A DNA stretch of 64,000 nt from the human T2T-CHM13v2.0 reference genome, Homo sapiens. Below, in pieces: positions 11,645 to 26,489 of this stretch. The position numbers and the translations under genes were made by a program. The stretch lies in assembly GCF_009914755.1 (NCBI RefSeq), contig NC_060947.1. One strand, written 5' to 3'. Every line of letters starts with the position of its first letter. Position 1 is the first letter of the stretch. Under the pieces are notes generated by a model. The model searched no databases and was not told the origin of the DNA. It saw only the letters and a program-made list of their open reading frames with translations.

Positions 11645-13782
11645 ACATCCAAATTAGAAAAGAAGTCAAAGTATCTCTGTTTGCAGAAGATGTGATCTTA
11701 TATTTGAAAAGCCTAAAGGCTCCACAAGAAAACTATTGAAAATGATAAAAAAAAATTCAGTAATGTTGCCAGATACAAAACCAACATACAAAAATCAGTA
11801 GCATTTATATATATCAACAGTGAACAATGTGAAAAAGAAATAAAAAGTAATCCCAGTTACAATAGCCACACATAAAATTAAATACCTAGGAACTAACTTA
11901 ACCAGAAAAGTGAAAAACCTCTGTAATGAAAACTATAAAACACTGGTGAAAGAAATTGAAGAGTACACCAAAAAAATGGAAATACATTCCATGTTCATAG
12001 ATTTGCAAAATCAATGTTGTTAAAATGTCCATTCTACCCAAAGCAATCTACAGATTCAATGCAGTCCCTATCAGAGTACAAACAGTATTCTTCACAGAAT
12101 TAGAAAAAAACAATCCTAGAATTTATATGGAACACTGAAGACCCAGAATAGCCAAAGCTATCCCAAGCAAAAAGAAAAAAAATAGAGGAATTGCATGAGC
12201 TGACTTCAAATTATACTACAGAGATATAGTAAAAAAACAAAAAACAAGGTACTGACATAAAAACAGATACATTCATCAATGGAACAGAATAGAGAACTCA
12301 GAAACGAATCCACACACCTGCAGCAAACTCATGGTCCACAAATTTGCCAAGAACATACTCTTGGGAAAAGACAGTATCTTCAAAGAGTGGTGGTGGGAAA
12401 ACTAGGTATCCACATGCAGAAGAATGATACTAGACCATTATCTCTTGCCTTGGGCAAAGTCAAACCAAATAGGTTAGATACTTAAATCTAAGACCTCAAA
12501 TCATGAAACTACATTGAGAAAACTCTCAAGACATTGATCTGGGCAAAAATTTCTTGAGCAATACCTCCACAAACACAGGAAACTAAAGCAAAAATGGACA
12601 AATGGATCACGTCAAGTTACGAAGCTTCTGCACAGCAAAGGATACAATCAACAAAGTGAAGAGACAACTCACAGAATGGGAGAAAATATTTGCAAACTAC
12701 CCCTGTGTCAAGTGATTAATAACCATAATATATAAGGAACTTAAACTACTATATGGGAAAAAAATCTCAAAATCTGATCAAAAGATGGGCAAAATGTTTG
12801 AATAGACATTTCTCAAAAGAAGACGTACAAATGGCAACCATGTATATGGTAAGGTGCTCAACATCATTGATCATCACTGAAATTCAAATCAAAACTACTA
12901 TGAGATCTCATCTTACCCCAGTTAAAATAGCTTATATCCAAAAGACAGGCAATAACAAATGCTGGCAAGGATATGGAGAAAAGGGAACCCTCGTACACTG
13001 TTGGTGGGAATGTAAATTAGTACAGCCATTATAAAGAACATTTAGGAGGTTCCTCAAAAAAGCTAAAAATTGAGCTACCGTATGATCCAACAATCCCAAT
13101 GCTGGGTATGTACCCAAAAGAAAGGAAATCAGTGTATCAACAAGATACTTGCTCTCCCATGTTTAATGTAGCACTACCCACAATAGCCAAGATTTGGAAG
13201 CAACAGATGAATGAATAAAGAAAATGTGGTACATATACACAAAGGAGTACTATTCAGTTATAAGAAAGAATGAGATCCTGTCATTTGCAACAACATGAAT
13301 GGAACTGGAGATCATTATTTTAAGTGAAATAAGCCCGGAACAGAAAAATAAACATCACATGTTTTCACTTATTTGTGGGATCTAAATATCAAAACAATTG
13401 AATTAATGGACAGAGAGAGTAGAAGGATGGTTACTGGATGCTGGGAAGTGTAGTGGTGGAGGGGCTGGGAGAGATGGGTATATTTAATGGGTTCAGAAAA
13501 GTAGAAAGAATGAATAAGACCGACTATTTGATAGCACAACAGGGTGACTATATTCAATAATATCTGTACATTTTAAAATAACTTAAAGAGTATAATTGGA
13601 TTGTTTGCGACTCAATGGAAAAATGCATGAGGGATGGATACCCCATTCTTCATGATGTGCTTATTTCACTTTCCATGCTTGTATCAATACATCTCATGTA
13701 CCCCATAAGTGTATATACCTACTGTGTACCCACAGAAATTTAAAAAAAAAATTAAAACCACCCCTACTTCAAAAGTCAATTA

Positions 13783-14109
<327 letters not shown>

Positions 14110-14283
14110 TCACCTGTGCTTTTGACCAACTGGCTATAAATTAGAGTTTACTCCTGGCACTCCTCAGGTTTGATTATTTGCTACAGAGGCTCACAGAACT
14201 CAGGAAAGCACTTTATTATTACTCATTTATTATAAAATAATACAACTCAGTAACAGCCACTTGGAAGAGATGCGTGAGACAAG

Positions 14284-14913
14284 TGTCAACAAAAAGTCAA
14301 ACTCTGTAAAATATTTGAAAAGATTTATTCTGAGCCAAATATGAGTGACCAATGGCCCATGACCCAGCCCTCAGGAGATCGTGAGAACATGTGCCCTAGG
14401 TGGCTAGACTACAACTTGGTTTTATACATTTTAGGGAGACATAAAACATCAATAAATGTAAGATATACATTGATTTGTTCTGGAAAGGTGGGGCAACTGG
14501 TAGCGGGGTCTTCCAGATCATAGGTGGATTCAAAGGTTTTCTAATTGGCAACTGGTTGAAAGAGTTATTATCTAAAGATCTAGAATCAATATGTCTGGGA
14601 TACAGTAACATAATGATTGTGGAAACCAATGTTTTATCATGCAGATAAAGCTTCTAGGTAGCTGACTTCAGAGATGATAGATTGCAAATGTTTCTTATAG
14701 TCTGTTTTATCAGTCTTAATGTCTGTGTTGATATTAATGCTGGCCAGCTTGGCCTGAATTTTAAAAGGGAGGATGGGATAATGAGACATATCAGACTCCC
14801 CCTTTCCATCATGACCTGAACTAGTTTTTCAGGTTAACTTTGGAATGCCCTTCACCAAGAGGAGGTGTCTATTCAGATGGTTTCTGGGCTTAGAATTTTA
14901 TCTTTGGTTTATA
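14284..14913 (-). mobile_element. MER4-family solo LTR (ERV1)
   Basis: TGTCAACAAAAAGTCAAACTCTGTAAAATATTTG...TTTGGTTTATA; 4-bp TSD CAAG at 14280-14283 and 14914-14917. Confidence 0.88.
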
Positions 14914-16519
14914 CAAGCTATGTGGGAGGGGCCACAGAGCTCCCATTCCCTCTCTGGGGTGGCCACTCTTCCAGAACCCTCATGTGCTCGTCAGTTGGGA
15001 AGGTCTCTGAGCTCTGTCCATTTGAGTTTTTGTAGAAGCTTCATTAGGTAGACATGATTGATTAAATCATTGGCAACTGGTGATCAACTTAACCTTCAGC
15101 CTCTCTCCCCTCCCTGAATTCAGGGGGTGGGGCTGAAAGTTTTAACCCTCTAATCATCTATTTGTTTCCCCTAGCAACCAGATGCCCAGCCTGAGTTTAT
15201 CCAGGAGCCCCAGCCATTAGTCATTTCACTAGCATATTAAAAGACACCACTTCAGAGATTCCAGGGGTTTTAGGAACTGCCTACCTGGAAATAGGACTAA
15301 GACCGAAATACATATTTTTTGTTGTAGCACAATATCACAGGGTCGGGGCATAGGGCTGACAGGCAAATGACTCCCTCTTTCTACTTTTCCCTCTCTGCCC
15401 TCTGTATCTCATTAATTAATTCTGTATCAGGGAGCAGGAATGAAGACAGACTGAGGCAATGAAAAGTAGGCTGGAAGCCTGCTGTGACATCAGCCAAGAG
15501 GTAGCAATCCTGACCCTCACTGTTGGGGCTTGTGGAAGTCTCCCTTCTCCAGTTTTTCCTGGCCTGGCCAGGAGAAGGAAGGAAGCAGGAACACTAAACT
15601 TGGGGAAAGTAAGAGATGTGATGCTTGCCTCAGGGGACCAGAAAAGAGTGTGTCTGCAGGAATGTGAGGATACTAGAGCACCATTTCCTCAGACACCACT
15701 GTCTCCCATACACCCTACCCTCCTTTTCCCAAAGCTACTCCCAGCACCACTCCTAGGTATTGTTCCCCCTAAAATAGTTTACTTATATTCATCTTGAAAA
15801 AATACCTTACAATATATAGCAAAAAATTCTATGACAAAAAATTTAAACATTAAATTCTAAATTTATCCTTTGGTCTTCCAGTGCATTTTCAGAACATCCT
15901 GTTACTGTTACCCTAGTTGCTCTAGGGTTAGCTGTCATGGTAGAACTATCCTTTAATGTTTAAAAGGATAATAGTTGATTGAGCACTCACCGCTATGTAA
16001 TATTTGATAAACACCAATTAAAAAGGGCTTGTGTCTAAAGAGAATGTTTTCCAGAATTACTTTTATTGTGGAAAACTTTTTAAAGAAACTTCTCTATTAT
16101 TACCTCCATAGGAACAGTATTTTCTCCAATGTCAGAGGAGGGAACACATTTTATGTACACATTGATTACAATTGTACTGACAATGTAGTGTTCCACATTG
16201 TAGGTTTTTATGTGGGCCTGTATGCATGAAAATGAACCTTCCTTTCATGGAATGCAATGTTTTTTTAACAAGGCCTGTTTGAGGCAAAAAAAAAAAAAAA
16301 AAAAAAAACCAAACCAAAACAAAACAGTGTTTGACAGTCAGGAATATCCTTATGTGACACGTGTGAACATTACTGAGGCTCCAGGATTGTTTTCTCACGC
16401 CAAAAGAACAATCTGGTTGTAAAAATCAAACATCAACTCTCTTGTCAAAAACTAGGCAGAAGGATGCCGTGAAGTCAGCTAAAAGTAGATGTGATAAAAC
16501 AATTAGAAGATATTAAGTA

Positions 16520-16700
16520 TAGTGCAAAGAACATGGGTTTGAATGCCACCTATGACATATACTAATTATATGACCTTACACATGTTATTTAATTACTCTG
16601 AAGTTCAGTTTCCTCATCTAAAAAGTAAAGAACATGATTTCATATACTTCACAGAGCTCATGTGGAGTTCAAATAAGATAATTTGCATAAATGGTTTTGC
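16520..16700 (+). mobile_element. MIR fragment
   Basis: CTCTGAAGTTCAGTTTCCTCATCTAAAAA resembles the MIR core. Confidence 0.6.
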
Positions 16701-17704
16701 TGTGATGTTGAGAATTCTTGTTTGCAAATGAAAGACTCTTAAACCAAAGTAACCAAAAACAAGGGAGTATATTGATTCAAATGACTTGAATGGGAGGAAA
16801 AGGGCAAAATTACTACAGGATCAACTGGATCTAATATTTTAAATAATGTTATTAGGCCTTTCCTCTCTCTCTCTCTCTCTATTTTTTTCTTTTGTTTTTT
16901 ATATCATTGCTAATCAGATTCATGCCATATTGTGAAATATATGGCCCTTGACAGCCTTAGGAGGATGACCATATTTTCAGAAGAAAAAACATGGCCTATC
17001 CCTCTGTGAATCCATATCTATCCATATAAAATACTCTGATCACTTATACTCTAGACCAATATTGTTTCCCAGGGTGTTGAATACCATAGTTGGCTAGACT
17101 GGATCATGTACATATGATTTTGGAAGAATAGAGAGGGCCTCATATTTTTCACATCTGTGATAATTGTATGGCACAATGATTCTTAACTGGCTAAATCTTA
17201 GAAATGCCTGGGAAACTTTCTATTAAAAAAACAGAGATTCCTGGTTGTAGCCATGAAATCAAATGAAAAGAAGGGGCAACAAAAGTTGAAGATCACAAAA
17301 ATAGTATGAATATGAGAGAAGTAGCTCCCAAAAGGAAAAAAAAGTCTTTTTGTTTTTCTCTTTTTTTTTTTCCAGAAGAAAAAGGGTGGTGGTAAGCAAC
17401 AAAAAACAGATGTTCACTTCAAGTGTTCAGTGCAGTGTGTGGTATATCCCCAAACCTGAAATATTAATTATTATTATTAACATTAAAAAATAGAAAAATA
17501 CAGTGTTATTATCTAAAATGCTAGTGTGTGCCATGTGCCTTCCATATGTGAACAGTAACTGTATGGCTAATAGAAAGGAAAAAAATAGTGATTTTGAGCA
17601 AAGAGGGAGGTTGAAAAGACTGTAGATGATGAATGCAAGGCATGTATATTTATGAGTGTTTGTATTTATTTTTAAAAACATAAAAATTTAGAAAATTGCA
17701 TATG

Positions 17705-18173
17705 TTAAACAGATATTTATTGACAATTTGCTATGTGCCAGATATTGTTTAAGGTGCTGTGGGTATATTCGTGAATAGAACAGGAATAAAAAAATCCCTA
17801 TCCTGTGGAGTTTACTTTCTAGTGAATATAGATATGCAATAAACTAACAACAAAAATAGACAATATAGTATGTCATGTGGTGATAAGTGCTATAAAGAAC
17901 AAAGAAGAACAGGGAGGTGCTAGGTAGGAGGTGGTGATATTGTTCTAATTTCACATGGATTGGCCTGGAAGGGTGTCATTGAGGTGACCTTTGAGCAGAA
18001 CCTGAGAGAAGTTAGGAGACCGCCTATATTCACAGTTGGAGAATGAGTGTTCTAGGCCAAAAGAACAAAAACAAGGAAGCCAGGTCCATCAGAGAAAAGT
18101 AAATGAGAGAGACAGTAATTGGACATGAGATCATGGAGGTAGAGAGATATCAGACTATGTAAAGCCTTATAGA
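17705..18173 (-). mobile_element. L2 fragment, continuing after the Cheshire element at ~20630-20950
   Basis: ATTTATTGACAATTTGCTATGTGCCAG...TGGAGTTTACTTTCTAGTG resembles an L2 3' end. Confidence 0.6.
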
Positions 18174-18359
18174 CAAGACATTGGAAAACTTTTTCTCTAA
18201 AGAGGATAGGCAGCAAATAATTTAGCCTTTGTGCCCCAAAAGGCAAAATTTGGGATATTATATAGGTACTTACGTACAAAAGAGAAAACATACATTTCAC
18301 AATTTTTTATTGATAAAACTCAGTTGTTAGTTGTCATCAAAAAAGTTTCCACAGTATAA

Positions 18360-18668
<309 letters not shown>

Positions 18669-18679
18669 TAACTTTCTAG

Positions 18680-18869
<190 letters not shown>

Positions 18870-20167
18870 TTATCAAGTATGCAGCAAAAGCTAATTTCCA
18901 AAACTTTTCAGTGTTATAATATAGTGATTGAAATAGTGGTTTTCTTATTTGGACAAATTTTACTATTAACCCAGAGCTCAAAAAACTCATAACTATATGA
19001 CTGCCAAGTCGTTTAACCATTTGCTATCTAGTAGAACAAGTCAGGATATTCAGCTTTTAATTCTGACAATGGTTCAGTACATAAGAGTGATTGGAATTTA
19101 CCATTGACACTGATTCAATAACACATGACAGATTCCAATATTTTTCACAATGGACCTGCTGTTGAATAATACATTGAGGCTTTAAACACTTTGTAATTTC
19201 ATGAGCTTTAAAAATTTGTTCAACTAATTCTTTTTCTGCTCAACACATATTTTTACCAACCTCGATTGTATCATATCTTAGTGGATTCCACTTCAGGTCA
19301 TACTGAATGAGTACTTTCTCAACTTCTTGCTTGTTCCATGCAGACTGTTTATACAGGTTGATCTTTCAGCCACTTTAAACTCGGTATTTCTTTCTAAAAT
19401 AAATAACAACTGAGAAGCGTTAGTAACATTTGTTGGTGCATCAAAGCCCAGGGGAAAACCACTTTAAATTTTTTACTTTCTTTTTTCATTGATTATTGAT
19501 AGCAACCAATGTCCAAAACTTTTAAAGAAACCCTTTTTACTGAAGAGCTGCAATCAAACATAGTTTATTTACTATCAGTAAATGGCTTTCCTTGCTTTGA
19601 GTACCACATGAGCCACTCAGAAACTTACTTTGGTAGCAGTCTCATTTTCATTTTTTATTTTTGTGACGAAAGCTGTGAAAAAATATTTCCCTTAAAATTG
19701 TTTTTATCATTGTTGCTTTGCTCTGAGTTGGGAATAATGGGATGAGAACTTAGTTATGCCAATATGTGTTGTGTTCTTTTAGCACAGCTCTATTGTCATT
19801 GAAAAATAAACATGACACTTTGCCATCTAACTCAATAACAAAAGAACTCATACTTCATTGTGCCTTAAAAGGATGATATTCAAAGTTTATAAAAAATATT
19901 TTCCTTACTTCTGCATAATGGATATTCAGTGGTAATAAAAATAAATACAAAATGTATGCATGGTGGAACATGTGACATTAGAAATACACCCAAGTTGCCA
20001 CTGAATCACTGTGATTTGTAAAGCACTGAGTAGGAGTATAAAACAATGAAAGCACTACATGTGATTTCTGTTGCAATTACTGAAAACTGCTATAAAAGCA
20101 GCCATAAGAAATACATAAATAAATTATGGTGCCAATAAAACTTTATTTATGAACATTGGAATTTAAG

Positions 20168-20462
20168 TTTTTTTTATTTTTTGAGACAGGGTCTCACTCT
20201 GTCACCCAGGCTGGAGCGCAGTGGTGCAATCCCAGCTCACTGCAACCCAGACTCCCAGCTCAGGTGATCCTCCAGCCTCAGCCTCCCGAGTAGCTGGGAC
20301 TACAGCTGCATGCCACCAGGCCCAGCTAATTTTTGTATTTTTTGTACAGATGGGGTTTTGCCATGTTGCCCAGTCTGGTCTCGAACTCCTGAGCTCAAAC
20401 AATCCAACCGCCTTGGCCTCCCAAAGTACTGAGATTATAGGCCTGAGCCACCATGCCCAGCC
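20168..20462 (-). mobile_element. AluJ
   Basis: GAGACAGGGTCTC and CTCCTGAGCTCAAACAATCC AluJ-type features. Confidence 0.88.
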
Positions 20463-21644
20463 CTGAAACTTGATTTGTATATAATTTTTACATGTCACAA
20501 GATATTCTTCTTCTGTTTTTGTTTTCAACCTTTTCAAAATGTAAAAAAATAAAATTGAGTTTGTGGGCCATGCTAAAACAAGCTACGGTTCAGATTTGTC
20601 CCATGAGTCTTAGTTTGCCATCTCTTGTTATAGACTGTAGTAATGACCTTAATTGTGATTGAAATGAGAGGTCATTGAATGGATTGAGACAGGAGTGACA
20701 TGGTTAGACCTATATTTTAAAACAATAACTTTGAAGCATAGGGAGAAAAAACCTGGGAGTGATTGTTTTAAAATTATTGTTCAGTTTTTTTCTACCCACA
20801 CTGACAATTTACTAATGTAGACAATGATGGAATTAATAAGAATAGTTGGGAAGGTATTGTAACAACCCAAGAGAGAGATGATGGTATCTTAGAAAAGAAT
20901 GGTAGCAGAAGAGCTGGTGATTAGTGGTTAGGTTCTGGAGACATACAGAAGAAAAGATTTGGTATCAGATGATGTCAAGCGACCCTCATTGCTGATGGCA
21001 CTCTGAGCTAGGTCTACTTTCTGCTATTTCTTGCTTCAACTCTCTCTTAATTGAAATGAAGAAACAATCAGGATTGGCTCTAAGCAAATTTATGAATACA
21101 GCACAATTTCCCTTCAGCACTAACCTCTCCCTTTCCAAATGAACTACCCTGATGCCCAGCATCTCAGTGACCCACCTGTACTCTGAAGGCTGTCTTCTCC
21201 TACCCACCACTACTTCTACCTTTTGCTTGTCATTTCTGTGCTTCTCCCTGAAACTTTCTGATACTCAAAACAAGAAGGAAAGACAAAGTTTAAAAACAAA
21301 GATATTTGTGAGCAGGAGCTAAAGACATTGCCCTCAAATCTCACCAACCTGGTAGCTTCCCATTCAACTTACTTAGAGGGTTGGCAGACATGAATGAAAT
21401 AGTCCTTATATCCAGTATTGAAAGGGAAGCCAGCTCGAGAAGAATAGGAGAATTTCAGAGAATTGAGTGAGGCCAAGGCACTAATCACTGAGAAAGATAT
21501 GTCTAACTGACTCTGAAAGAAGTAAGAGAAATTCCTTAATGGCAATACCGAATCAACACACACCATCCCCTTCATTCATAGCCTGAGAGAATAGCTTGAC
21601 TACAATAGTCAAAAGTTATAGTTAAAACTTTTAATTAAAAAAAT

Positions 21645-22203
21645 TATTTCATTTTTACAGCTTTAGGGAGGTATGTGAAATAAACTTCAAGTATTAAAAT
21701 TGTACATTTGATAAGTTTTGACTTATGTATACCACCCATGAAACCATCATCACAATCAAAATGAAGTACAAATATATCACACCCAAGAGTATCCTCATGC
21801 CTCTTTGTAATCTTTTCCTCCTTGCTCCCTTAACTGTAGGCTACCACTGATCTGCCTTTTGTCATTATAGATTAGTAGAAATTCTCTGGAATTTCAAATG
21901 AATGACTTTATACATTATGTACTCTTTCTTGTCTGACTTTTTTGCTATGTTTTTGCTTTAGCTGCTGAGCAATATTCAACTATATGAATGTACCACAAGT
22001 TGTTTATCCATTTACATATTGATGGACAGTTGGGTTGTTTCTTTTTTCTTGTTTGTTTTGCTATTATGAATGAGGCTGCTATGAATATTCATATACAAGT
22101 CTTTATGCAGATATGTGCTTTCTCTTTAGACTACCTAAGAGTAGAATGGCTGGATTATTTGATAACTATATGTTTAACTTTTTAGAGAAACTGCTAATCT
22201 ATG
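21645..22203 (-). mobile_element. Old L1M 3' region, resuming briefly at ~23195-23255
   Basis: CCACCCATGAAACCATCATCACAATCAA and GATGGACAGTTGGGTTGTTTC L1M-type motifs. Confidence 0.7.
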
Positions 22204-23194
22204 TGTAGTAGGTTGCTTGATGGCTCCCAAAAAAAAGATGTTCATATCCTAACCTCTGGAATCTGTGAAGATGACTGTATTTGGTAAAAAAAAAAAAAAA
22301 AAAAATGCCCTTTTGAAATAAATATTTTTAAATTAGAGGCAATTGGGAAGAAGCAGTTATAGAAAGGGCAGTCTGCGTTGCTGTTTTTAACGTAATGGCA
22401 GGCTATAAAAACTCCTTTGAAAAACATGAACAGGGGCTTCTGCCCCTCCTTTCTGCCTAAAGGCAGGATGTAAATTCTTTCTTTACTAAAGAAGTCACTG
22501 GGCTTGTGTCAGCTCAGAAACAGTGCCAGCTGGGCCAGAGGAATCTGGGAGCAAACTTCACTACCTTCCTACAGTTCTCCCACCTTTGCAAGCCTGAAGC
22601 TTTGTCTTGTTACTATGCTAAAATGTATTGTCCTTTGTTAAAACACTGTTTAAGCAAGGCCCCTAACCCACTGCTATGAAAGAGTTACTTTCCAGAGATC
22701 CTTTTGAATTGAGATTTCTCCCGCATGATGTGCACTGTGTGTGTATATAAAATTGCTTGTTTTTCTCTTGTTAATCTGTCATTTATTAATAGGAAATCTG
22801 TCCAACTATGAGATTATGAGGGTTGCAAAAAAACATACTTTCTCCCCTTCAAGATCATTTTAGATTATACAGATAAGCCCTAAATCCCATGACAAGTATT
22901 TTTGTAAGAGATAGAAGAGGAGAAGACAGACACAGAGGAGAAGACCACGTGAACAAAAAGGCGGAGGTTTGGATTATGCTGCCACAAGCCAAGAATGCTT
23001 GAATCTAGAATGCCAGAATCTAGAAGAGGTAAGGAAAGGTTTTCCCCTACAGCCATTAGATGGAGAGCTATGGTTGCTGGCTTCTTGATTTCAGACTTCT
23101 GGTCTCCAGAATTGTGAAATAATAAATTTGTATTTCCTTTTTAGACTACCAAATTTGTGACACTTTGTTATGGCATGCCTAAAAAACTAATATA
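22204..23194 (+). mobile_element. MLT1B-like MaLR LTR interrupted by a MER34-like LTR
   Basis: TGTAGTAGG...GATGGCTCCCAAAA start; CAGACTTCTGGTCTCCAGAATTGTGA...AACTAATATA end. Confidence 0.75.
22295..22851 (+). mobile_element. MER34-like ERV1 LTR
   Basis: GAGGCAATTGGGAAGAAGCAG...TTTCTGCCTAAAGGCAGG...TTTCTCCCCTTCA; 5' boundary blurred by an A-run. Confidence 0.6.
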
Positions 23195-23252
23195 TGTTGT
23201 TTTATAAAGTGGCTGTAGTATTATACATTATCATCATCAATGTATGGGAGGC

Positions 23253-24287
23253 CCAGGGTTTTTATATTTTTGAGTTTTACATTTAAGTCTTTAATCCACC
23301 TTAAGTTAATTTATGTATGTGATGTAAGGAAGGGGTTCAGTTTCAGTCTTCTGCATATGGCTAGCCAGTTGTCCAAACACCATGTATTGAATAGGGAACC
23401 CTTTCCCCATTGCTTATTTTTGTCTAGTTTGTCAAAGATCAGATAGTTGTAGGTGTGCAGTCTTATTTTTGGATTCTCTATTCTGTTCCGTTGGTTTCTG
23501 TTTCTGTTTCTGTACCTGTACCATGCTCTTTTGGTTACTGTAGCTCTGTAATATTGTTTGAAGTTGCGTATCAAGATGTCTTCAGCTTTGTTCTTTTTCC
23601 TCAGGACTCCCTTGGCTATTTGGCTCTTTTTTGGTTCCATATGAATTTTAAAATACTTTTCTCTAGTTCTGTGAAGAATCTCAATGGTAGTTTAATAAGA
23701 GTAGCATTGAATCTATAAATTGCTTTGGGTAGTATGGCCATTTTTATGATATTGATTCTTCCTATCCATGAGCATGGAATATTTTTCCATTTGTTTGTGT
23801 CATCTCTGATTTCTTTGAGCAGTGGTTTGTAGTTCTCCTTGTAGAGATCTTTCACCTCCCTGGTTAGCTGTATTCCTAGGTATTTTATTCTTTTTGTGGC
23901 AACTGTGGATGGGAATGCATTCCTGATTTGGGATTTGGCTCTCAGCTTAATTGTTGTTGGTGTATAGGAATGCTAGCGATTTTTGCACATTGATTTTGTA
24001 TCCTGAGACTTTGCTGTAGTTGCTTATCAGCTTACAAAGCTTTTAGGCTAAGACTAAAATATCTATTTTCTAGATATAGGATCATGTTGTCTGTAAACAG
24101 GGATAGTTTGACTTCCTCTCTTCCCATTTGGATACGCTTTATTTCTTTTTATTGCCTTATTGCCCTGGCCAGGACTTCCAGTGCTATGTTGAGTAGGAAT
24201 GTTGAGAGAGGGCATCCTTGTCTTATTCTGGTTTTCAAGGGGAAAGCTTCGAGCTTTTCCCCATTCAGTGTGATGTTGGCTGTGGGT
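23253..24287 (-). mobile_element. Internal L1PA ORF2 fragment with no 3'UTR, tail or TSD
   Basis: ORFs 23311-23640 and 23616-23855 ([30 protein letters not shown]) are L1 ORF2. Confidence 0.9.
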
Positions 24288-24292
24288 CAGGT

Positions 24293-24836
24293 TTAGTCAG
24301 GGTTCTCTAAAGGGACCGAACTAATATGATATATGTATATATGAAGGGAAGTATATTAGGAGAATTGACTCTCATGATAAAAAGGTGAAGTTTCACAATA
24401 GGTAATCTGCAAACTGAGGAGCAAGAAAGCCAGTCTGAGTCCCAAAACCTCAAAAGTACGGAAGCCGACATTGCAGCCTTCAGTCTGTGGCCAAAGGCCT
24501 GAGAGCTCTTGGCCAACCACTGGGGTAAATCCAAGAATCCAAAAGCTGAAGAACTTGGAATCTGATATTGGAGGGCAGGAAGCATCCAGCAAGGGGAAAA
24601 GATAAAGGCTGGAAGACTCGGCAAGTCAGCTTCTCCCACCTTCTTCTGGCTGCTTTATTCTAACCACACTGGCAGTTGAATGGATGGTGCCCACCCACAG
24701 TGAGGGTGAGTCTGTTTCTCCCAGTGCACTGACTAAAATGTTAATCTCCTTTGGCAACACCCTCACAAACACATCCAGGAACAATACTTTGCATCCTTCA
24801 ATCCAATCAAGTTGACACTTAACATTAACCATCACA
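24293..24836 (-). mobile_element. MLT2A2 LTR, missing its last ~4 nt
   Basis: TTAGTCAGGGTTCTCT...ATTAACCATCACA, ~545 bp; homologous to the MLT2A1 at 11197. Confidence 0.88.
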
Positions 24837-25133
24837 CCCTCCCTCAAGGGTGTTGGTGAGTGGGTTCTCCTTTATTAGTTTCCAGGAGAGCTGGTTCTTA
24901 AAAAGATCCTGGCACCTCCTCCTCTCTCTCTTACTGCCTCTCTTGTCATGTGATCTTTGTACATGCTGGCTCCCCTTGCCTTCTGCCATGAGTGGTAGTA
25001 GCCTGAGGCCCTCACCAGATGCCCAGTCTTGAACCTTTCAGCCAGCAGAACTCTGAGCTAAATAAATCACTTTTCTTTATGAATTACCCAAACTCTGGTA
25101 TTCCTTTATAGCAACACTAAATAGACTAAGACA
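24837..25133 (+). mobile_element. MSTB-like MaLR LTR, 3' part only
   Basis: CTGCCATGAGTGG...CCTGAGGCCCTCACCAGA...TTTATAGCAACACTAAATAGACTAAGACA. Confidence 0.75.
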
Positions 25134-26489
25134 GCAAGTAAGACTGGTTGACTGATCAGAGTGAAGACAAGGGAGACAGAAGAAAATTAGGAAATGGAAG
25201 ATAAATTATGTAGTGGGAAAAGTATTAAATTCAGAGTTGAAAATCATGAGTTGTCCTAAAAGTTCTGTGTGACTCTTGACAATTCATTTCAACTATAAGT
25301 AACTCTTTCCCCATGTAACTTCCATGTAACATAAGGAGAATGGGTGAGATGGTATACTATGTTCCTTCCAGTTCCAAAGTTCTGTGATTCCAAGCATGTG
25401 AATAATGTGAATAAATGTAGGTATAATTGAAAATAGAAAATATATACTAAATAAGCCACAAACTGTTGATATTTCAGATGAGAGAGACATTGGTTTTGTC
25501 TGAGCGTATCTGAAAGTCTTTATAGAGAAGAAAGCATTCTGAATAAATTAATGAAAGTCAGTACAGGATATGTAGGAGTTGGATGAAAGGGAATTCTAGG
25601 AGAATAATGTTATGTATAATTAATCTGCTGTTATTATCAAACAATAATCAGTAAACAGTTAATATAACACATTTAATGATGCACATTATTTATAAATATT
25701 AAAATGGTTCTTTTTGAGTGTCAGTTATGGGACTGTGTTTTACACACTTTGCTCATCTATAAACTCAAGATAATTATGCCTACCTTTTGAGGATTCAAAT
25801 ATAAAAACATAATGCTTAGAAGGAGATTAAATAACTTACCTGAGGTTATTTAATTAGTAAGAGACAGAAATGATATTTACAACCATGTTTAGGTGACTAC
25901 AAAATATATTATCTTTCTGCTTTATTATGACTTCTTACATTGTGCTTCATAGTAATTAGACCTAAAATATGTAGCAGTTTAGGTACATGTCTAAAATTTA
26001 TTTGTCACACAGGTTAACCACCTTTTGACTTTTTCTTCTTTAACTTAGAAATACACAAAATCTCATCACAAGTCAGCATTAACAAAAGAAATTTGTGATC
26101 AACTTTAATGTTAGGGAATACTAACTTTGAACCACAATTAAGTGACTGTTATCTCCCCTTCCTCAAAACAATTCCATTCTTCTCATCAAAGTTCCCATAG
26201 AAATACAGGGTCACAGAGTGGTGATTTCCCTATGAAACAGCAATAGCATGTTCATTATACTGCAGAGTGGTAAATATACCCAGTATGGGAATAATAGAAT
26301 AAGAGAAGGAGAATGGGAATTTGGGAACAGAAGTATGGAAATAGGGCAGTTAAGAGAGGATCCAGTAGAAAGGACCAGCCTAGATCCCTTTTTATTTTCT
26401 TTCTTCCTTTTGTTACCCCTGAACACTCTACCACCAACCCCACCAAGTCAGCTGTAATCATGGCTGTAATACAGGGGTATACTATAGAT

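Noticed and set aside
15459-15797. 112-aa ATG-initiated ORF in unique sequence
   Set aside because: No recognisable domain, promoter or splice context; length compatible with chance.
16681-16688. Octamer ATTTGCAT
   Set aside because: Isolated 8-mer in a MIR with no adjacent SOX half-site; expected by chance.
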